Positions 23,901-35,900 of a stretch of 64,000 nucleotides of DNA are shown one piece after another. How positions within the stretch are numbered: position 1 is the first letter of the stretch; each line of letters opens with the position of its first letter. Made by a program: the position numbers and the translations under genes. Source of the DNA: Raillietiella orientalis (lineage: Eukaryota); the NCBI GenBank assembly GCA_036172245.1, contig JAYWIR010000005.1, positions 868,001 to 932,000 of the forward strand, given 5' to 3'. The notes beneath the pieces were generated by a model. The model did no database searches, had not been told where the DNA came from, and saw nothing but the letters and a program-made list of their open reading frames with translations.

Positions 23901-26900
23901 GGAGGTGCGCAGAACCCTCGGATGGCGCACTAATGAAATCCTCCCTTCCCTTCCTTCACGACCGCGCGCGTCATCCGGAGTCTCCACTCCCCGGACGCGG
24001 CCTCCGGGGGAGGGAGGAAGGACAGGGTCCACGTTCTCCCCAACGCTCCCGTGAGGGAGAAATTCCCGGAGGAGCGCGCGAGTCCCGTTTCCGACGGGGG
24101 AAACCGCACGGTCGGAGGTCTGCCCCCCTTCGCGGGCACCTGGGCGACCCCATCCGCCCTTCTCCGGAAGGCACGCCCCAAACCGGAGCCACGCGTGCGC
24201 GCCCTGCCCGTGGGATCGGACGCATCCTCACCCTGCCCTGCCCCCCTCCTCCCTGTCGCTCCTACCTTCAACGGCCCCCCCGGCGTGTGGAGGCAATGGA
24301 AGGCCGGCACGAGGGCGCAGTGCTCGGGCCCCTCCTCGTCGCACTGCCGCAAGAGGTAGCGGACATTCTCGTTGGCGTGCATCTCTGGCAGCAGCCTCCC
24401 CACCAGCTGGGCGCATAGCATGTCCGGGTACTGGTTGAGGATGACCCCTCCCAGACGGAGGGCGTCGGCGACCAGCATGAACTCCCTGCAACGCAGAGCC
24501 CCGCGTGACTCCGCGCCCCCCCTCGCTGCCGCCGCGGGGTCGCTCACCGCTTGATCCTGTGGAGGTCTTCCGGCCTGACGTCGGCGGAGCCATGGAAAAG
24601 GGGAAAAAGCCCGTTGTGCTTGGGAGCTCCCACGGAATTTTTTTTTTTTAAGGGAAAAAACAGCAGTTTAAATGGCACACGTTTATGATTGGTGTTTAAG
24701 GTGAGCATGCGCACCTCTCTCCATAGTTAGTGACTCTTTTAACGTGACGGACTTTACGTCCGGAGAGTTTAAGGTGGGAGCGTCCGAGCGGAGTGGCGCT
24801 CGGAGGAACCCGGTGGGTGCGGCCCGGGGCCCCTCTTTCTCCCTCCTTTCCCGCCACCTACCGGTTCGTCTCATCGTTGCCGATGTTGGCCGAAGCGTCC
24901 TCGAAGTCGCTGAGGACGGCTTGCAGAGGGCAAGAGGACAGCTTAGCGTGCAGCCAGCGGTAGCAGAAGAGCACCTCCCTGTAGAGGTCCTTCACGCGGT
25001 CCGCGCGCACCAGGTGGAAGGGTAGCTCCCCGAACTGCAAGGCAGACGAGCGGGCCACTTGAGAGGAAAGACATTCCCTCACCCCACCCTTCTTTCTTGC
25101 TCCCCCTCCTTTTCGCGCGCTTCCGCCGCGCCGATGATGATCGCTCGCGGGCGGCGCCGTTTCTTGCTCCCTTGGCGACGAGGGTCGTTCGGTCCGCGAG
25201 CCTCCAGAGAGCATTCGCTCCTCCACGTGATCGCCCCGCCGGCCAGACAGACATCGCGGTGCTGCTGCTGCCACGTCGCGGCAATACAGCCGGTGCTCGC
25301 CCGGTCGTGTTCGGCACCTCTCGCGGGACCCGATCCTCGAGGAGGCAGCCGGAGGCAATGCCTTTCGGCGCTGCATTTCTGCAGCGGTGAAAGTCTCAAG
25401 AGGGGGGGGGGAAAGAACCCCCGCACACCCAAGAGCCCCCTTTCGGGCGAGAGGGAGGCTGAAGCATGGCACGGGCGCTTCAGACGCGCCCGTTCCGTCG
25501 CGCTTGACTTCCTCGGCGGGGAGGTCCGGAAGCGCTTGCGTCACGTGGGCATCGCGGCGCTCCCACCCACACGTGATGACGTCATGGTGAAGCAACCCCT
25601 TTGAAAAAGGGTGTACGACCTCGCGCACATCGCAGGCACAGTCTTACGTGCTCTCTGTTGTGCACACACCACGCTCAAGTGTGCACGAGCGCTCCCTTGC
25701 ATGCAAACCGGCATGCGTTGCTAGGGACGTTCCGATGAAGTACACCAACTTGCTCTGTACTAACCGGCGCGCGTTGCTAGGGTCGTTTTCGCTTCATTTC
25801 CCATGGAAAACGCCCTCTTTGGTTTCTTAACATTCAGAGAGAGAGAGACAAAAAAAATAAAAGAAAAAAAAGAAAAAACGCGTCCTCGGTCAGTTGGTGT
25901 TTTATTTTATCCAGCCGAATAGTGCCACAGCATCCTGCGATTCGTGCGCTGAAGACTACGGTGCCTCGGATCTGACTGTGAACGAAAAAGCGGATGCGAG
26001 TGACGTTGGCGTTTGCATTATCCGCAGAAGCATCATCGTCATCGTCTCTTCGCCACACCGATTTCTGGTGGGCACATCCCATTCTTCTTTCTTTGAGGTC
26101 ACTGCCAGGTCCACTACGAGAGCGCGCCATCGACGATGAGAGTTGCCAAGTGACGCCTCATGCGTTCTTGGGAGTTTGCTGGAACCCCCCAGCCAGGAAC
26201 CGCTTCGTCGAACGGGTCACCCAGTCCGGTCGCTTTCGGCGACCACCAAAGAAAAAAAAGAATAAAAAACGGGACACACGAGATGGATGCCAGGATGTGC
26301 TTCGAGCACCTCCTCCCATCGGGCTGAAAGACGCGCGTTAGCGGGTTGGAGGAGAGGAGGAAGAGGCTCCTGGTCCTCACGGCGGGACGAAAACCTTCCC
26401 GGATCCCCCCTACCGGAGCGCAACGCCAATCACCTCCCTCTCTCATGCTCACCCCCTCCGGCACTCGCGCGCGAGGACGGTGGCCGTCACCGTGGGGACG
26501 TCGCCCGGGGGCAAAACCCCTCCAGCTGGCCCTGAACCTCCAGAGCGCGCGACCCCCTGAGGAAGCATCTTCCGGCGCGAACCCTAGCAGAGCCGCTCCC
26601 ACGGGAACGCCTCCGCGTGATGGTCGGAGGCGACTCTACGGCAGCGCTCAGCTCGAAGTCCGAAGGATTTCCTCTCCGGGCTACCGGAGAAGCAGCAGAC
26701 GCGCCCTCCCTCGTCCCCTTTTCCTCTCACCTTCCTCAGGTTGTACCGGGAGATCTGATTGCCCTTCCCGTAGAACACGAGAGGCTGCAGCGGAACTTTC
26801 CTGTCCGCCTCTCCGTCCCTATTGGGCAGGTTGAACCTGGAAGAGGTCGAAAAGGGAGGCTTCGTTGGTGCGAAGCAGCTCCGGAGGGGGGTGAGGAAGG

Positions 26901-29900
26901 AGGGAGAGAGGAGGAGGAAGAAGAGAGGAAGGGTAGAGGGGGAGATGGGAAGAGAAGGGAGGAAGGCAGGGGAAGGAGGAGAAAGGGAGGCTGTACGCTG
27001 TACAAACCTATGCCTCTGGATCTCTGTGAAACGGAAGGGCTTGGGCACTCCCCCGCCCCAGATCCCCAGGAAGTAGTCCGCAATGGAGCCGTGAAAGTAG
27101 ACGTCCATTCGGGATGTCTGTTCGAAGTACCGCTCTTTGGACGCGTCCCGGAACTGCCTGAAAAGGTCGGTTGGCATGCGCCACTGCCGCGGGGCGAGGA
27201 GGGGGAGAGGAGAGAGGGCGGAGGGGTCAAGCCGATGGCCTCCCGACCTCTCTCGCGCGCGGGACTCGTTCTCCGCCCGCCTCTGCACCGGTGGCGGCGG
27301 CGGAGCCCCTCTCACCTGTGGTACCAGTTGAGGACGCTGACACCGTCGGCCTCCCTCTCGGAGAGGTAGTTGGGCAGGTCGTTGCGGATGCGCGTCCACA
27401 GGAGGGGCGGAATCCTCCTCACGGGAGGCATGTGGTACTGATAGACGTCGTCGAGGACGACGTCGTCCAGGGACAGCAGATCCTCGAGCTCGGACTCGGA
27501 CAGGCCGCTCTTGGACGCAGTGATGTAGGCCAGGGCGTGCGAGACGAGGACGCGTCCATGCTGCGTAGTTGGGAGAGGTTGGGAGGGGAGCGGTGCCGTA
27601 TCCCTCCACCCCCTTACCTGCTTCTCGATGCGCTCGAACAGCATCATGATGGAGTCGGCGACGGTGTGCGCCAGGTACGTGTCCTGCGGCCGCGAGTACG
27701 ACCTCCAGCGGCAGATCTCGGCGAAGACCAGCTTCACGAAGATGGGCAAAGAGCAGCGCGCGAAGCTGTTCATCACCACGCGCCGCTGGTAGTTGGTCAG
27801 CATACGCCCGGCCTCCTTCATCCACTTCCTGGAGAAGGGGAAAGTCACCGGGCTTCCATCCCGCGCGCGCGAGACGAGCGCACCGCCGCGCTCTGGTCGT
27901 GGACGCACCCTGAACAACGCGAAGCGGGGAGAAGGAAAAGGAAGAGGGAAGGACGGGGAAGGGAAGAGGAAGGAAGGGAGGAGGAAAAGGAGGAGGAGGA
28001 GGAGAAGGAGAAAGAAGAAGAATAGAAGGAGGAATGGAGGAAAGAGGGGAGGAGGAAAAGGAAGAAAAGAGAAAGGGAGGGAGATGAGGATGAAAAGGAG
28101 AGGGCCGGGCGAGCGCCACTCACTCGATGACTTCCATGGCGAGGTCCTCGCCCAGTGAGGTCACCAGTAGAAAGCAGCTGGGGTCGTCGACGGCCTTGAC
28201 CAGCATCGCGTACTCCTTAGACACCTCTGGCCGGTTCCCTTCCGAGACGCAGGACATCACCATCTAGAGGGGAAGGAGGATGTCAGGTCAGGCGCTCCCC
28301 CAGGGAGCCCAGGCACCTTGACTTGAGGCGGTAGCTGCGCAGGCATCCAGGACATGTTGGAATCCTGCGCCCCGCTCAGCTGGTTGACGGAGTCCAGAAA
28401 GAGAAGCAGGGGCTGCGCCCGCGAGGCGTTCGTCAAGATCTGCTTGAAGTGGGCAGTCAGCGGGACGAGGTCGTCGGGGATGTCCTCGTAGGGGAGCATG
28501 TAGTTGTAGGATATCTGGATGGGCGGCAAACGTCGGTGGGCCAACGGAGGGAAGGGGTGCACCTGCTGGCAGAGTGAGGCTAGCATGGGCGACAGGGAGC
28601 TGCTGTCCGGGGTGGTCCCCAGGAAGCGCAGGAGGAGGATGGGCGGCGTGTCGTCCCCATACCACCGGACTGCCATGCTGGCCGCCTTGGCGAGCAGTGA
28701 CGTCTTCCCGCAGCCTCCCTCGCCGTGGAGAATGAGCGGCTTGTCCGAAGACCCCAGGAGGTACTCCCGGATCTTCTGCAGTTCCTCGTCCCTTCCGTGG
28801 AACACCTGCAGGAGGGACGGCGCTGCCATGTCCCTCCGGTAACCCCTCCCGCTTTGCCGACTTCCCTTCTGCGACCCCGACCTCCTGGACGCGGGGGAAA
28901 CGACCGGGACCCTCCCCGCGACCCAGGGAAGAAGAGGAGTCGCGGCGTACCTTGACCGAGTTAGTGCAGGCGTGCAGGTGCTGGAGCACCTCGGTCAGGA
29001 TCTGTCCCTGCGCGCTGAAGTCCTCCTTCCGCATGGCCCGGTCCACCAACTTGACGATGCTCTTGTAAAAGTGAGTGATGAACTGCTGCAGGTACTCGTC
29101 GTGCGTTTCGGCGCTGATGCCGTCCCTCCCGATCCACTCCACAGTGTACCTGCGGAACGCTCCTGCTCCTCCTTGCCCGGAGCATCGTCACCCCCAACTC
29201 CAGCCCCCCGGAAGAAGGTTCCTCCTCCCTCTTCCCCGAGCCGACCTCTGGATGTTGGTGCTCTCTATGGAAGCCGGCAGCCTCTCGTCCCGCAGGCTGG
29301 CCAGCAGCCGGGCGGCCTCGGCGTCGATGTTGCGGTTGACGATGTCGACGAACAGCGCTGCCCGGCGGAGGTTCTGCAAGTTGATGTTGGCGATGTACCG
29401 CACGTAGGCCAGGCAGTGGCTCTTGGAGTTTCTCACGTTGAGGATGCCTCGGATGACCTCTCGCTCTGTGACTGAGGACACCCGGATAAGCGGCAGCAGT
29501 CCCGCCCCCCTCAGCGAAGGGCACGCCCTTTTCTCCCCTCTTTTTCCTCCCTCCTTCCTCTCCCTCCTCCCGAGAGTCCACGAGACTGCCTACGGTCTCC
29601 TACTGAAGAGCGGAAGGGCGCCTCCCCTTACCTTGTCCTTATCCTCCTCCTTCCCTCTCCTAGCGCCAGATCCCTCCTCGAACCGCCTTCCAGCGTCAGA
29701 AGAACCACCCACCCAAACGCTGCCTCAGCAATTTGACATGGAGACGGATGCAAGTCAATGCCTTCCCTTCCCGAGAGGACGAGGAACCACGTCCTGTCTG
29801 GACGCACCGGCTTCCCCGCTCCGCCGCCGTCGCGTTCCCGATCTACTCCACGGTTCCTTTCGGGGTCTCCTCTGGTTGGGAAAATGGAGCTGTCCCCTCC

Positions 29901-32900
29901 CGCCTTATTTGGGGAGCAACTCCTCCATCTCGTACCATGGAGATGGTAGTACCTCCCCAGAGTATCAAGAAGCGCGGGAGCGTCCTCCAGAGAGAAATCA
30001 GGACTCGTCTTTTCGGGGTTCTCTTCAGAGAAGGAAACCAGGAGCGAATCCTTTCTGGGGGTCCCTCCGGAGAAGAAATAACGGAGTGACTTCCCCTCCA
30101 GAGAGAATAAGGAAGAAGAGGTTCCTTCTTACGAATCAGAGAGGAACGGGCTCCTTCCTTCTACGGAGTCCTTCATGGATTCATAGGTGGTCCCCTCCTG
30201 GGGACACTCGCCAACTTGAAGAGTGGCATGCGCACCCTCGGACAATGATTCAAGAGCTTCGGGAATCCCCCCCCTTTCCCCCAAGGAGGCGAACGGTTCT
30301 TCAGCACTTGGAGAACCAAAAGGAAGATCTCCGAAGGAAGGGAAGACTGAGTACTGTGCTCGCGCTGTGGTCCTCACAGGGTCAGGAGGGGAGAGGAGAA
30401 GGGAGCTGGGTCCACTTTGGCGGGAAGGGGAGGGGCTCACCAGACATGAAGTAGTTGTGCATGAAGTCCTTGCTGGCCTTGCCCGAGTTGAACAGCGACA
30501 GCGCCGCCTTCCGGAGCAGCTTCTGCATCTTCTCCATCGTGGTCCACCACTTGCTCTGGTCCTCCGCTTGGAGCTTCGGGTTGTTCTGGAACGGAGCGGG
30601 TGCTAAGCGACAGGAGGCTGGCTGCGTTCACACTCCGGCAGCGCGCAGGGACCCAGCTGCCCGTGCCCCGAAGGGGCGGCAGTTCCGTCCTTCCCTGCTG
30701 TGCCCCTTCCCCCTTTTTTTTTTTTTATCACACTTCCCTCCCGAGAGGACCCAGGAGCACGGGATCTCGCGGGATCCGAAAGCGGAGAGGCGAAATTGCC
30801 CGAAGGCACTGAGGACTCGGACCGGTTACCGGAGACGAGGCCGAACGGAGGCCACGCTCAGCGCAGGAGGGGGAGAGACTCTCGTGCACGTGCGAAAGAA
30901 GAAGCGGCGGACGACGATGACGGCGCCGCATCTCGGCAGAGGAGAGCAGGAGAGTTCCGTTTTCCTTCGGGGAACTTCCTTGCTCGTCATGCGGGGGGAA
31001 TCGCGCGAAGCCATTTGGAAGCAACAGATGAGTCTTCTGGAGCTCCTGGGGAGGCACTCAAAAAGTCCTCTGTTCCTGCATAAGCAGGAAAATTCTTTTG
31101 GGACTCTCGGACACGGGAGTGCTTTCCCTCGTCAGCACGCCTTGAGGGAACCGGGAAATGACGCTGTTCTGCGACCCGGGTGTGCTTATAGACACCAGCG
31201 GGTCCGGAGCCCGGATGCTCGGTTCCGCTAGCGAGCGCCTTTCTCCGTGGAAGCAAGTGGTCTCAGGGAAGAGCACCTCTTTATCATCAGAACGAATGCT
31301 CCGGAAGAATCGCAGCCTAAGAGGACGGTTCTTCAAGAGTGAAACAGATCCGGTCGTGATCCTCGCGGTGTTCGAAGGAAGCGGCGTTCAGTCGGACGGG
31401 ATGGAAGAGAGCAGCTCGGCCTCTCTCGGTCAGCACAGAGCAAATTTTCCAGATGTTTGAACAGCTGTCTGGATCCCGCGCAGCGTCTATATACTGGGAA
31501 ACTCACACGATGCAAGGAGATGCAGAGTTCCGAGTCTTTTGTTTGTCCGTTTGATGATCCAAAAAGGTCACTTGGAAGGCACGCTTTTCGTATGGTGGTC
31601 TTTTAACAGGAGAGAGGAGGCCGAAGTGTAATCACGCCCTGCGTCTGACAGTTCAATTCTCCTCAATAAAGCCGGAGTTCCACATGCTTTTAAGACCCGC
31701 TTTCCTTTCTTCCGATTTTTCTTCATCCAGACCGCTTTGGAAGGACTCTGCAAAGATGTTGCACAAGGAGCCGTTACTCTGGGATCTTCGGAACGAAGCA
31801 CACGGCTTTACGCTTCCACGGAGCAACTTCCCCCACGCCGGCGTTTCCCAAACCCTGTTCAATAAGTGGTTCCGTGAGAAAAATCGTGAAAGTTTTACCT
31901 AATTAAAATTCGGAAATAGAGTCTGTTTCCTTAACCCTTATATTTACTTGCTTAATCTATTTATTATTAATGTCCACCTACCCTATAAAATGACCAAGGC
32001 ATTCCGCTGAAAATTTCAGGATTTCGTGAAGCGCTGCGCTCACGGGAAAAGTTCGGGGGACGCTGCCCTAGGCCTTGGGCAACAATGGGATCCAGGCGGC
32101 GACGCCTACGACACCTGGCGGGGCCTACGATGCGAGGGTGAAGCCGCTCCATGCGTAAGCCTTGGCCGAACGGTGAAGCCGTGGGCTGCCGTGTTTCAGT
32201 GCTTCTCGGTTAGAGAAAAGGAAGAAGACCGCTCAGTTTTTATTTTCACACTCTGTGCTTCTTCAAACGGGCGCAGTGAGTTCGAATAGGTGCCTTCCAA
32301 AGTGTGCCCTGGGCGTGCTCCGCAAGCCTCCTCCGGGTCCTTGGTTTCCCACGTGGACGCACATTCCGTGCTCGCCCGTGTCGGAAGATGGAGGAATGGT
32401 GCCGGGGGCTCCTTACACGGCAAATGCAGCGAGCACGGTCCCCATCCAGATGTGGGCTTCTTTCCTACTCCGCTAAGCAGCAGCTTCCACTTGGGCACGC
32501 CAGATTTTCGGCCTGAATCTTGAAGATGGGAAAATTATCATAACGGAATTTCACGATTTTCGCCTGTCCCAGTTTGAGGTTCAATCCAAGAGGCCGCGCT
32601 GGGGCCACGCGAGCAATTGCTCGCAGAGGAGGGTCTTTTTATAGCGTAAAACACACATTTCTCACAGAAATTAACAAGGTGGGCACCATCGCGGAGTTAA
32701 TGACGGAGGAGCTTTTCTGGAGTCAGAAGTGCATGCGTAAATGGGGGCGCACTCACCGTGGAAGATCGCCGCGATAACAGTGGCTGCACGTACACGTGCA
32801 AACTAAGGGTACACTAAAGAACGGGCCCGCTCGAAAATTGTACGACTGAAAAGTGTCCTGGAGCGAGCAGCAGGGCTTTTTCTTGACTTGGCAGCACCAG

Positions 32901-35900
32901 CGCCATCGTTACGAGGGACGCTTTTCGCCTTCGTTTCTGTTGTCGTTGCACTGTTGCTGCTCGTGCATCCGCGGTGGTGGAAGGGGGAATGGGGGGGGGG
33001 TGAAGCGTGTGTGTTCTTCCCTACGAAATTTTCCGTCTGAGCATCCTCTCTGAATGGAGCAGAACCCCCGCGCTCCCTCCTCGAGGGACCCGCAACCACC
33101 AACCGAGGTGGGGTAGCTCTTTCCGCTCTTCGGGAAAAAAGCTCGCCTCTGATGGGCGTCGTGAATTGGGTTTGAGCTGCCCGCGGATGGATCGAGAGCA
33201 CCGCAAACCACCGCAGCAGGGTGCTTCGGGGGAGGAAGACGAGGCTCGCGGTCCGATTGCCGGGAGGTCAAGCGCGGATCTGCGGAAACTCCTCCGGCAG
33301 CTGAGAAGGCAGCGAAGAGGGAACCGAGATCTCGGCGTCCTGCTTCCCGGGAGGAGGCCGGTTGTCTCCCTCCCCCCTCCTTCCCCCGCTCCCCACCCGC
33401 ATCTCGTCCGAAGTCCTCGTGGATTTCCCTGAAGGACCTCTCCACCAGCAAAAGTGGAGCGGAGGCGGAAGAGCGCCGGAGCAGCCGCTTCGGCTCTGCC
33501 GACGACAGCCACCATCCCGAGGCGATGGTCCCGCTCGGAAAGGGGGCTGCACCCAAGGATTCTCATCCGAAAAAACTGGGTCGCGAAACGGGAGGTGCCC
33601 GGAACGACGATGCGGGAGGAGGAAGGTCTTCTTCCAGGTTGATGACATTCCGTCTTTCCTACCCCGTTCTACCGCGTTTCCTTCTCTGGAAGATGCGCTC
33701 TCGGGCTCTTCGGAGGGAGGGAGACTTCGCCGGGAAGCGGCGCATTCCGCTTTCGAGCGAGGAAGAGCGAAGTCCTTCCGGCCTTTCGCGCCTGAAAGGA
33801 TTTCTGGGGGAGTCCCACCGGTGGGACACATCGCGACCAGGTCTGCTCAGGTCGGCTGGAGCGCAATCTGTTGCTGCCTCTCCGAACAGCCCGCTCTCTC
33901 CCCCGCTCCCTTCCTCTGCGTAGGAAGAGTATCAACCACCCTTGTGCGGGGAGCTGAGACTCGATCCCGAGCAAGACGGCATCCTCCTAACAGCCTACCC
34001 AGGATAGACCTTTTTGTGAAGGATTCCGTAGATGGGAACGTTTAAAGCGACCGCCCTTAGAGTAGATCACCCCTATTATTTCTGACAATAGGCCGCAACT
34101 TGGGATGTGCGCATTATTCGGTGGGGTGGCTTCGAGAGGGTGCTGGAGCTCCCAGGTCAGGAGTGGCCGAAGGGTTGTCATGGCTTTTGCGGTTGGGTTG
34201 ACTGCAAGGAAAAGAACCGGGGCGCGCGCGGGCGCGCAAGCGCCTTCCTTCGAGAGCGCCCTTGGGGATGGAGACGCCGGCGACAGACTGACCTTGTTGT
34301 TGAAGTTGAAGAGGATGGACGAGATGGGCTGCAGGACGCAGATAGGAGGCACAGAGTTCTTGTCGGTCTTGTACCACACGTCGAGGACCTGGGGGTCCGT
34401 CGCCATGGCCGCCAGAGCTTCCCGCAGCGTCGAGAACTCCGACGCCGGAATGTACGTCGGTATCGGCCGGTACCCGTACTTCTGCCCCAGGAACACCTGA
34501 GGGGAGCGTGGGGAGGCTGACCAGATGACGAAGAGCGGGGTCCGACTCACGACGAAATTTGGGCCCATGGAGAGCCTCTGGCAGTTGTCGATCTCCTTCA
34601 TGCACAGCTCTGTGGTCATGTGGTCGTCGGTGGCCTCGTCTCTCACTCCCCACCTCATGTCCACTACCTGGAATCCACCGGAGTGAACATCAACCTTGTG
34701 ACCACGACCCTGGAAGTTCTGGTTGCTCCTTTCCCTCCCGCCTCCACCGCCGTCATCGGAACGGAAGAGATTGCCCCGAAGAAGAAAGGGAAAGAGATGC
34801 AGGGATGCCGCCTCCTGTTCTTCCAGCCTTCGCGACGCTCTTCCCGGCCTCCCGAATCCAACCTTGCTGCTCTTGTTCCTGTCTGGAACCTCGAGCTGGA
34901 AGCTCCGCACCGCTTTCTCTCCATCTTCAATCGGCTAGACGAGTCTGCCGCCGAAGTTCTTCCCCGGGAGGACTCCGGAAGCAAAATTCACGAGTCGAAG
35001 GTGGCAGGCTGGAAGTCTCCGGACGGGGACACCGAGCTGCGCCAAAAGACTGTGGCGCAAGTGGTCATCGACAGCGACGCTCAAACGCCACAGGTGGCGC
35101 GCGCATGATGGAGGTGTTATATTGAAACGGGAAGGAGGATCACTGCCGCGATGGCTACCAGGATCTTCCAGCAAAGAACAGTGAAACGCAGAGGCTGCAG
35201 ACTCTGGTCCATGACTCTCTCACACCACAACCTCGTGGTCGACAGAGCGCTTTGCTCGGAGGTTTTCTTGCGACATTTCTTTGCTTCTGACGAATCTCTC
35301 ATCAGACACGCCAATCGCTCCCTCTTCCTCGTTCGCACCGCCTCCCTAGCAGTTCTTTTCCCGATCGATCGTTTTCCTATGATCACTCGGCATCGATCGT
35401 TTCTGCGTGACCCTCGGTCATCGCTCGCAGCTGACAGGCAGTGTGTGCAGCAACGTGCTCCGTCTCTCTGCTTGCCTAGAGGGTTGCTCCTTTTCTCCTC
35501 GTCCTCACCGGTGCCGTTCCTCCAGAGGAGAACCCGAAACTGCTCCGTCTTGCAGATTTCGGTACCTTTCGCATCTCCCAGATGCTTGAAGATAGGGAAG
35601 AAAAGGAGTCTCCGGAGGAGATAAGCATCCGGTCTTTCGCCGAAGACTGGGTGCGGTTGTGCAAGAAGCGAAGTGACGAAACGCTCCCTTCGGTTTCTTC
35701 CTAGTCTCTCTTCAGAGGAGCGTTCGATGCTGCGTCGGAGATCCAGGACGAGGGAAGCATCTCCAAGGTCGGGAACCTCCGTGGAGATTAGGATGCGGCT
35801 TTCGTCCGACCCATCTTTAATGAAGATTGATGTAGGCGATTACGTCGCACGTAAGAAAGCCAGTGCATGAGATGCTCCTGCAGCTGCATGCAACGAGAGA

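Noticed and set aside
31568..31900. KAVW...VLKACG resembling a pogo/Tigger C-terminus
   Set aside because: One weak motif only.
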